DNA of 5,225 nt from a virus (Duplodnaviria; Heunggongvirae; Uroviricota; Caudoviricetes), in the IMG/VR virus record IMGVR_UViG_648276652_000011, positions 1 to 5,225 of that record; one strand, 5' to 3'. The notes under the pieces are model-generated. The model was not told where the DNA came from. It made no database searches and was given only the letters and a program-made list of their open reading frames with translations. Shown piece by piece: positions 1 through 5,225 of the stretch; position 1 is the first letter of the stretch, and each line of letters opens with the position of its first letter. Position numbers and translations under genes: made by a program.

Positions 1-739
<739 letters not shown>

Positions 740-762
740 GTGCGGTTTTACCGCATACCAAT

Positions 763-785
763 AACGCTTCACTCGAGGCGTTTTT
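763..785 (+). terminator. Putative hairpin plus T5 in the ea10-cIII intergenic region (attenuator or terminator-like)
   Basis: cgcttc (765-770) pairs with gaggcg (775-780) including one G-U pair; loop actc; followed by ttttt (781-785). It lies 17 nt upstream of the cIII SD aggag (802-806). Confidence 0.35.
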
Positions 786-811
786 CGTTATGTATAAATA
801 AGGAGCACACC

Positions 812-976
812 ATGCAATATGCCATTGCAGGGTGGCCTGTTGCTGGCTGCCCTTCCGAATCTTTACTTGAACGAATCACCCGTAAATTACGTGACGGATG
901 GAAACGCCTTATCGACATACTTAATCAGCCAGGAGTCCCAAAGAATGGATCAAACACTTATGGCTATCCAGACTAA
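812..976 (+). CDS. cIII: CIII, inhibitor of FtsH-mediated CII degradation (54 aa)
   Basis: [54 protein letters not shown] matches lambda CIII as I recall it. SD aggag at 802-806, 5 nt before ATG 812. The ORF-track start at 740 is an upstream extension. Confidence 0.9.
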   Translation: MQYAIAGWPVAGCPSESLLERITRKLRDGWKRLIDILNQPGVPKNGSNTYGYPD

Positions 977-1088
977 ATTCACTATCGCCACTTTTATTGG
1001 CGATGAAAAGATGTTTCGTGAAGCCGTCGACGCTTATAAAAAATGGATATTAATGCTGAAACTGAGATCAAGCAAAAGCATTCACTAA
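945..1088 (+). CDS. kil: Kil, host cell-division (FtsZ) inhibitor (47 aa)
   Basis: [47 protein letters not shown]. The start overlaps the cIII 3' end by 32 bp and the 3' end overlaps the long gam start, as in lambda. SD aggag at 931-935. Confidence 0.9.
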   Translation: MDQTLMAIQTKFTIATFIGDEKMFREAVDAYKKWILMLKLRSSKSIH

Positions 1089-1459
1089 CCCCCTTTCCTG
1101 TTTTCCTAATCAGCCTGGCATTTCGCGGGCGATATTTTCACAGCTATTTCAGGAGTTCAGCCATGAACGCTTATTACATTCAGGATCGTCTTGAGGCTCA
1201 GAGCTGGGCGCGTCACTACCAGCAGATCGCCCGTGAAGAGAAAGAGGCAGAACTGGCAGACGACATGGAAAAAGGCCTGCCCCAGCACCTGTTTGAATCG
1301 CTATGCATCGATCATTTGCAACGCCACGGGGCCAGCAAAAAAGCCATTACCCGTGCATTTGATGACGATGTTGAGTTTCAGGAGCGCATGGCGGAACACA
1401 TCCGGTACATGGTTGAAACCATTGCTCACCACCAGGTTGATATTGATTCAGAGGTATAA
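1043..1459 (+). CDS. gam: Gam, RecBCD/SbcCD nuclease inhibitor (138-aa long form; GamS from the internal ATG at 1163)
   Basis: The translation matches lambda Gam as recalled ([23 protein letters not shown]... [10 protein letters not shown]). The internal ATG at 1163 ([13 protein letters not shown]...) has a strong SD aggag at 1151-1155 and gives the 98-aa GamS form. Confidence 0.95.
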   Translation: MDINAETEIKQKHSLTPFPVFLISLAFRGRYFHSYFRSSAMNAYYIQDRLEAQSWARHYQQIAREEKEAELADDMEKGLPQHLFESLCIDHLQRHGASKKAITRAFDDDVEFQERMAEHIRYMVETIAHHQVDIDSEV

Positions 1460-1464
1460 AACGG

Positions 1465-2250
1465 ATGAGTACAGCACTCGCAACGCTGGCTGGGAAGCTG
1501 GCTGAACGAGTCGGCATGGATTCTGTCGACCCACAGGAACTGATCACTACTCTTCGCCAGACGGCATTTAAAGGTGATGCCAGCGATGCGCAGTTCATCG
1601 CATTGTTGATCGTCGCCAACCAGTACGGCCTTAATCCGTGGACGAAAGAAATTTACGCCTTCCCTGACAAGCAGAACGGCATCGTTCCGGTGGTGGGCGT
1701 TGATGGCTGGTCCCGCATCATCAATGAAAACCAGCAGTTTGATGGCATGGACTTTGAGCAGGACAATGAATCCTGCACATGCCGGATTTACCGCAAGGAC
1801 CGTAATCATCCGATCTGCGTTACCGAGTGGATGGATGAATGCCGCCGCGAACCATTCAAAACCCGCGAAGGCAGAGAAATCACCGGACCGTGGCAGTCGC
1901 ATCCCAAACGGATGTTACGGCATAAAGCCATGATTCAGTGTGCCCGTCTGGCCTTCGGATTTGCGGGTATCTATGACAAGGATGAAGCCGAGCGCATTGT
2001 CGAAAATACCGCATACACTGCAGAACGTCAGCCGGAACGCGACATCACTCCGGTTAACGATGAAACCATGCAGGAGATTAACACTCTGCTGATCGCCCTG
2101 GATAAAACATGGGATGACGACTTATTGCCGCTCTGTTCCCAGATATTTCGCCGCGACATTCGCGCATCGTCAGAACTGACACAGGCCGAAGCAGTGAAAG
2201 CTCTTGGATTCCTGAAACAGAAAGCCACTGAGCAGAAGGTGGCAGCATGA
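1465..2250 (+). CDS. bet: Bet (Red-beta) single-strand annealing recombinase (261 aa)
   Basis: [64 protein letters not shown]... I recognise this as lambda Red-beta; it starts 5 nt after the gam stop. Confidence 0.97.
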   Translation: MSTALATLAGKLAERVGMDSVDPQELITTLRQTAFKGDASDAQFIALLIVANQYGLNPWTKEIYAFPDKQNGIVPVVGVDGWSRIINENQQFDGMDFEQDNESCTCRIYRKDRNHPICVTEWMDECRREPFKTREGREITGPWQSHPKRMLRHKAMIQCARLAFGFAGIYDKDEAERIVENTAYTAERQPERDITPVNDETMQEINTLLIALDKTWDDDLLPLCSQIFRRDIRASSELTQAEAVKALGFLKQKATEQKVAA

Positions 2251-2927
2251 CACCGGACATTATCCTGCAGCGTACCGGGATCGACGTGAGAGCTGTCGAA
2301 CAGGGGGATCATGCGTGGCACAAATTACGGCTCGGCGTCATCACCGCTTCAGAAGTTCACAATGTGATAGCAAAACCCCGCTCCGGAAAGAAATGGCCTG
2401 ACATGAAAATGTCCTACTTCCACACCCTGCTGGCTGAGGTTTGCACCGGTGTGGCTCCGGAAGTTAATGCTAAGGCGCTGGCCTGGGGAAAACAGTACGA
2501 GAACGACGCCAGAACCCTGTTTGAATTCACTTCCGGCGTGAATGTTACTGAATCCCCGATCATCTATCGCGACGAAAGTATGCGCACCGCCTGCTCTCCC
2601 GATGGTTTATGCAGTGACGGCAACGGCCTTGAACTGAAATGCCCGTTTACCTCCCGGGATTTCATGAAGTTCCGGCTCGGTGGTTTCGAGGCCATAAAAT
2701 CGGCTTACATGGCCCAGGTGCAGTACAGCATGTGGGTGACGCGAAAAGATGCCTGGTACTTTGCCAACTATGACCCGCGTATGAAGCGTGAAGGCCTGCA
2801 TTATGTCGTGATTGAGCGGAATGAAAAGTACATGGCGAATTTTGACGAGATGGTGCCGGAGTTCATCGAAAAAATGGACGTGGCACTGGCTGAAATTGGT
2901 TTTGTATTTGGGGAGCAATGGCGATGA
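2247..2927 (+). CDS. exo: Lambda exonuclease Exo (Red-alpha), 5'-3' dsDNA exonuclease (226 aa)
   Basis: [64 protein letters not shown]... I recognise this as lambda Exo. ATGA start/stop overlap with bet (2247-2250). Confidence 0.97.
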   Translation: MTPDIILQRTGIDVRAVEQGDHAWHKLRLGVITASEVHNVIAKPRSGKKWPDMKMSYFHTLLAEVCTGVAPEVNAKALAWGKQYENDARTLFEFTSGVNVTESPIIYRDESMRTACSPDGLCSDGNGLELKCPFTSRDFMKFRLGGFEAIKSAYMAQVQYSMWVTRKDAWYFANYDPRMKREGLHYVVIERNEKYMANFDEMVPEFIEKMDVALAEIGFVFGEQWR

Positions 2928-3106
2928 AGCATCCTCACGATAATATCCGGGTAGGCGCGATCACTTTCGTCTACTCCGTTACAAAGCGAGGCTGGGTATT
3001 TCCCGGCCTTCCTGTTATCCGAAATCCCCTGAAAGCACAGCGACTGGCTGAGGAGATAAATAATAAACGGGGGGCTGTATGCACAAAGCATCTCCTGTTG
3101 AGTTAA
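2924..3106 (+). CDS. orf60a: Lambda Orf60a-like small protein (60 aa)
   Basis: The second ATG (2924) overlaps the exo stop as ATGA and has the SD gggag (2911-2915) at 8-nt spacing. It gives 60 codons, with the same size and position as lambda orf60a. The ORF-track start at 2918 is too close to the SD. Confidence 0.75.
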   Translation: MKHPHDNIRVGAITFVYSVTKRGWVFPGLPVIRNPLKAQRLAEEINNKRGAVCTKHLLLS

Positions 3107-3270
3107 GAACGTGTATCGAGATGGCACATAGCCTCGCTCAAATTGGAGTCAGGTTTGTGCCAATACCAGTAGAAACAGACGAAGAATTTCATACGTTAGC
3201 CGCATCCCTTTCACAAAAGCTGGAAATGATGGTGGCGAAAGCAGAAGCAGATGAGAGAGACCAGGTATGA
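3079..3270 (+). CDS. orf63: Lambda Orf63-like small protein (63 aa)
   Basis: The 63-codon ORF overlaps the orf60a 3' end by 28 bp, as I recall for the orf63/orf60a arrangement in lambda. SD gggggg at 3069-3074. Confidence 0.8.
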   Translation: MHKASPVELRTCIEMAHSLAQIGVRFVPIPVETDEEFHTLAASLSQKLEMMVAKAEADERDQV

Positions 3271-3350
3271 CAACCACTGAATGCATTTTTCTGGCAGCGG
3301 GCTTCATATTATGTGTGCTTATGCTTGCCGACATGGGGCTTGTTCAGTGA
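3267..3350 (+). CDS. Candidate 27-aa hydrophobic (single-TM-like) peptide, MTTTECIFLAAGFILCVLMLADMGLVQ; speculative
   Basis: The ATG overlaps the orf63 stop as ATGA (3267-3270), with purine-rich gagagag 8-9 nt upstream. The stop TGA (3348-3350) overlaps a GTG (3347) in the frame of the next ORF. It is below the ORF-track size cutoff and is read by eye only. Confidence 0.3.
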   Translation: MTTTECIFLAAGFILCVLMLADMGLVQ

Positions 3351-3562
3351 CACCTCAGCAAGAAAACGCCCTTCGCAGCATTGCCCGTCAGGCTAATTCT
3401 GAAATCAAAAAAGCCAGACAGCAGTTTCCGGATAAAAACGTCGATGACATTTGCCGTAGCGTACTAAAGAAGCACCGCGAAACGGTAACGCTGATGGGAT
3501 TCACACCGACTCATTTAAGCCTGGCGATCGGCATGTTAAACGGCGTCTTTAAGGAACGGTGA
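3281..3562 (+). CDS. Hypothetical small protein (93 aa from ATG 3281; alternatively 71 aa from GTG 3347)
   Basis: Open frame with a helical-looking, charged C-terminal 70 aa (TPQQENALRSIARQANSEIKKARQQF...). There is no SD before ATG 3281, but a G-rich SD (gggg, 3336-3339) lies 7 nt before GTG 3347. The N-terminal 22 aa are Cys/His-rich (CAYACRHGAC). The start is uncertain. Confidence 0.5.
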   Translation: MHFSGSGLHIMCAYACRHGACSVTPQQENALRSIARQANSEIKKARQQFPDKNVDDICRSVLKKHRETVTLMGFTPTHLSLAIGMLNGVFKER

Positions 3563-3582
3563 ACATGAAAAGCAAAATCATC

Positions 3583-3608
3583 AGGGAGCTACAGGCTCCT
3601 TTTTTATT
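3583..3608 (+). terminator. Rho-independent terminator-like hairpin
   Basis: Stem ggagc (3585-3589) pairs with gctcc (3595-3599), loop tacag, followed by tttttt (3600-3605). Flanking pairs extend the stem to 7 bp. Confidence 0.6.
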
Positions 3609-3660
3609 ATTCGCATTTACCCTCAAGCGTATTAACCAACAATTCAGGGATTAATGAAAG

Positions 3661-3882
3661 ATGGCAGACATCATTGATTCAGCATCAGAAATCGAAGAAT
3701 TACAGCGCAATACAGCAATAAAAATGCGTCGTCTGAACTACCAGACTGTATCCGCAACTCATTGTTGTGAATGTGGCGATCCGATAGATGAGCGAAGACG
3801 CCTGGCCGTTCAGGGTTGTCGGACTTGTGCAAGTTGCCAGGAAGATCTGGAGCTTATCAGTAAACAGAGAGGTTCGAAGTGA
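3661..3882 (+). CDS. TraR/DksA-family C4 zinc-finger protein (73 aa), lambda Orf73-like RNA polymerase-binding regulator
   Basis: The 73-aa protein has CxxC...CxxC spacing (C-E-C-G ... C-R-T-C-A-S-C) near the C-terminus, and its size is typical of TraR-like proteins. Confidence 0.8.
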   Translation: MADIIDSASEIEELQRNTAIKMRRLNYQTVSATHCCECGDPIDERRRLAVQGCRTCASCQEDLELISKQRGSK

Positions 3883-4250
3883 GCGAAATTAACTCTCAGG
3901 CACTGCGTGAAGCGGCAGAGCAGGCAATGCATGACAACTGGGGATTTGACGCGGACCTTTTCCATGAGCTGGTAACACCATCGATTGTGCTGGCACTGCT
4001 GGATGAACGGGAAAGAAACCAGCAATACGTCAAACGCCGCGACAATGAGAACGAGGATATTGCACTAACGGTAGGGAGGCTGCGCGTTGAGCTGGAAGGC
4101 AAACACAGGCGCATTACTGAGCTGACAATGTGGATTAAGCGACTGAGTTCCTCTCTCAAAAACGCAAAACCAGACAGCAAGTTGCCGGATGACGCAATGA
4201 TCTGGCTAAATAATGAAGGGCTTACCAGTATAGAGGATATTTTACGATGA
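3879..4250 (+). CDS. Ea22-like (ead/Ea22 family) N-terminal-domain protein (123 aa), GTG start
   Basis: N-terminus MSEINSQALREAAEQAMHDNWGFDADLF carries the QALREAAE signature I associate with Ea22-family proteins. The GTG start overlaps the upstream stop (GTGA, 3879-3882); SD agagagg at 3866-3872. Confidence 0.65.
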   Translation: MSEINSQALREAAEQAMHDNWGFDADLFHELVTPSIVLALLDERERNQQYVKRRDNENEDIALTVGRLRVELEGKHRRITELTMWIKRLSSSLKNAKPDSKLPDDAMIWLNNEGLTSIEDILR

Positions 4251-4894
4251 GCACTTTTACCATGGAATGGCTACAAAATACGATTACCAGTATTGAGTCA
4301 GCACGAGATGAAATGCCATTCGGACTCGACAACGATCAAGCACACATGCTTACAGCATTTAAAATCGCTCTCGCCTCACTGGAACGCGAGCGGGTTCGCC
4401 ACGAGCATGCCAAATGGTCTGACTCCACATTTGGCTGCGTTGGCCCCATTGGTCCACTGAAACACCTCTCAAAAGAGGCTCTGGAAGCCGCAGCCGAACC
4501 TGACGATCTCAGCGAGTGGGCTGATATGCAGTTCCTGTTGTGGGATGCACAGCGCCGTGCTGGTATCAGTGATGCTGAAATTACCGCTGCTATGGAAAAT
4601 AAATTGAAGATCAACATGGAGCGCCAGTGGCCTGAACCAAAAGATGGTGAGCCTCGTTTGCACATTAAAGAACCCGGCAACTCTCCGGTAACTCCGGATG
4701 GTTGGATAAGCTGTAGTGAGCTAATGCCAGATGATGGTCAGCACGTAATTATTTTATGTGATGGCGCATTCGTTCTTTATGCGCAATATCGAGACGGAGA
4801 GTTTTTCGATATTGTCCGCAATGGTGATGAATTTTTCGAAACACAGAGTCGCAATGTAACCGACTGGATGCAACTACCAGAACCTCCTCTTTGA
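4247..4894 (+). CDS. Phage protein with DUF550-like (MazG-like NTP pyrophosphohydrolase-type) N-terminal region and DUF551-like C-terminal domain (215 aa)
   Basis: ATGA overlap with the upstream gene; SD gagga at 4233-4237. The C-terminus ...VTDWMQLPEPPL resembles the DUF551 signature. The N-terminal region has acidic helices KEALEAAAE and SEWAD plus NKLKINMERQ, resembling MazG-type metal-binding motifs. Confidence 0.7.
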   Translation: MSTFTMEWLQNTITSIESARDEMPFGLDNDQAHMLTAFKIALASLERERVRHEHAKWSDSTFGCVGPIGPLKHLSKEALEAAAEPDDLSEWADMQFLLWDAQRRAGISDAEITAAMENKLKINMERQWPEPKDGEPRLHIKEPGNSPVTPDGWISCSELMPDDGQHVIILCDGAFVLYAQYRDGEFFDIVRNGDEFFETQSRNVTDWMQLPEPPL

Positions 4895-4996
4895 TAGCTA
4901 AGCTTATACATATCTTTTACATCAGCAATCTATTGTTAATCTCCAATCAATGTTACGTTGTCATCTCTCTCATGCTTTGGAGGTAGTGATATGTCT

Positions 4997-5225
4997 TGGA
5001 TTTGCCCCTATATTTCCAGACACCTGTTATCACTTAACCCATTACTGGCTTGCTGCCGTAGATATTCCCGTGGCGAGCGATAACCCAGTGCACTATGCGG
5101 ATGCCATTCGTTATAATGCTCGAACGCCTCTGCAAGGTTCTTTGCTGCCGTTAACCCGTCTGGTTTGGGCATGACACTGATGTAGTCACGCTTTATCGTT
5201 TTCACGAAGCTCTCTGCTATGTCCG
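4997..5225 (-). mobile_element. IS2-like element (IS3 family), terminal inverted repeat and 3' portion; partial, continues off the right edge
   Basis: The + strand reads tggatttgcccctatatttccagaca from 4997, which is the reverse complement of the IS2 end (...TCTGGAAATATAGGGGCAAATCCA) as I recall it. The adjacent transposase C-terminus matches IS2. Confidence 0.88.
5008..5225 (-). CDS. insD: IS2-like transposase OrfB (InsD), C-terminal 72 codons (partial)
   Basis: The - strand encodes ...[71 protein letters not shown] with stop at rc 5008-5010. The frame is open to the window edge. The 'M' in the ORF track is an internal GTG. Confidence 0.9.
   Translation of the reverse strand, partial: DIAESFVKTIKRDYISVMPKPDGLTAAKNLAEAFEHYNEWHPHSALGYRSPREYLRQQASNGLSDNRCLEI

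Noticed and set aside
740-944. Longer versions of cIII (from 740) and kil (from 819) in the ORF track
   Set aside because: The starts at 812 and 945 have good SD sequences and give the 54- and 47-aa lambda protein sizes. The upstream extensions run through the ea10 stop region and the cIII coding frame.
1425-1440. Near-Chi sequence (ccaccagg on +, that is cctggtgg on -)
   Set aside because: It is one base off the Chi octamer GCTGGTGG, and no exact Chi was seen on either strand.
1347-1902. ORF-track - strand ORFs of 90 and 158 codons (1347-1619, 1426-1902)
   Set aside because: They are antisense to gam and bet, whose + strand products are recognisable full-length lambda proteins. They are most likely frame artefacts of GC-balanced coding sequence.
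1191-1933. + strand ORFs at 1191-1505 and 1700-1933
   Set aside because: They are out-of-frame overlaps inside gam and bet, and the translations are Arg/Ser/Trp-rich, typical of off-frame reading.
2028-3127. - strand ORFs at 2028-2321, 2078-2260, 2607-2918 and 2801-3127
   Set aside because: They are antisense to bet, exo and orf60a, with no SD or start context, and the proteins are low-complexity and Ser/Arg-rich.
3281-3562. Possibility that the 93-codon ORF is lambda Ea8.5 (same length, Cys/His-rich N-terminus)
   Set aside because: Length alone is weak evidence. Its position, directly after orf63 and before the Ea22-like gene, is the reverse of lambda order, where ea8.5 lies beyond ea22. 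I cannot recall the Ea8.5 sequence well enough to confirm, so it is left as hypothetical.
3565-3654. 29-codon ORF (MKSKIIRELQAPFLLFAFTLKRINQQFRD) between the 93-codon ORF and the TraR-like gene
   Set aside because: It contains the terminator hairpin and T-tract within its reading frame and has no SD, so it is more likely non-coding terminator/leader sequence.
3149-4680. - strand ORFs at 3149-3334, 3810-4025, 3896-4180, 4336-4680 and 4469-4663
   Set aside because: They are antisense to the + strand operon genes and have no independent support.
4950-5174. + strand 74-codon ORF spanning the phage/IS2 junction
   Set aside because: It crosses the IS2 terminal repeat at 4997 and is antisense to the recognisable IS2 transposase C-terminus, so it is a chance ORF.

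Overview
This window is a fragment of a lambdoid prophage early-left (pL) operon, transcribed left to right on the + strand and bracketed by two partial insertion sequences. No searches or computations were run; all identifications come from reading the sequence and translations and from memory of phage lambda and IS families. Positions 1-~217 hold the end of an IS21-family element (IS100-like) with the first 43 codons of istA on the - strand. Positions 371-3270 match phage lambda gene for gene and length for length: ea10 (122 codons), cIII (54), kil (47), gam (138, with the internal GamS start), bet (261), exo (226), orf60a (60) and orf63 (63), with the same overlaps as lambda. Positions 3267-4894 are less familiar accessory cargo: a possible 27-codon hydrophobic ORF, a 93-codon ORF with an uncertain start, an intrinsic terminator, then three translationally coupled genes. 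These encode a TraR/DksA-type C4 zinc-finger protein (73 aa), an Ea22-like N-terminal-domain protein (123 aa), and a 215-aa protein with a MazG-like acidic-motif N-terminal region and a DUF551-like C-terminus. Positions 4997-5225 are the end of an IS2-like (IS3 family) element on the - strand with the 3' end of its transposase gene. No tRNA, rRNA or CRISPR array is evident. The most interesting candidate is the distal three-gene cassette, especially the MazG-like/DUF551 gene, together with the IS insertion that separates the Red/kil/cIII genes from their normal promoter.
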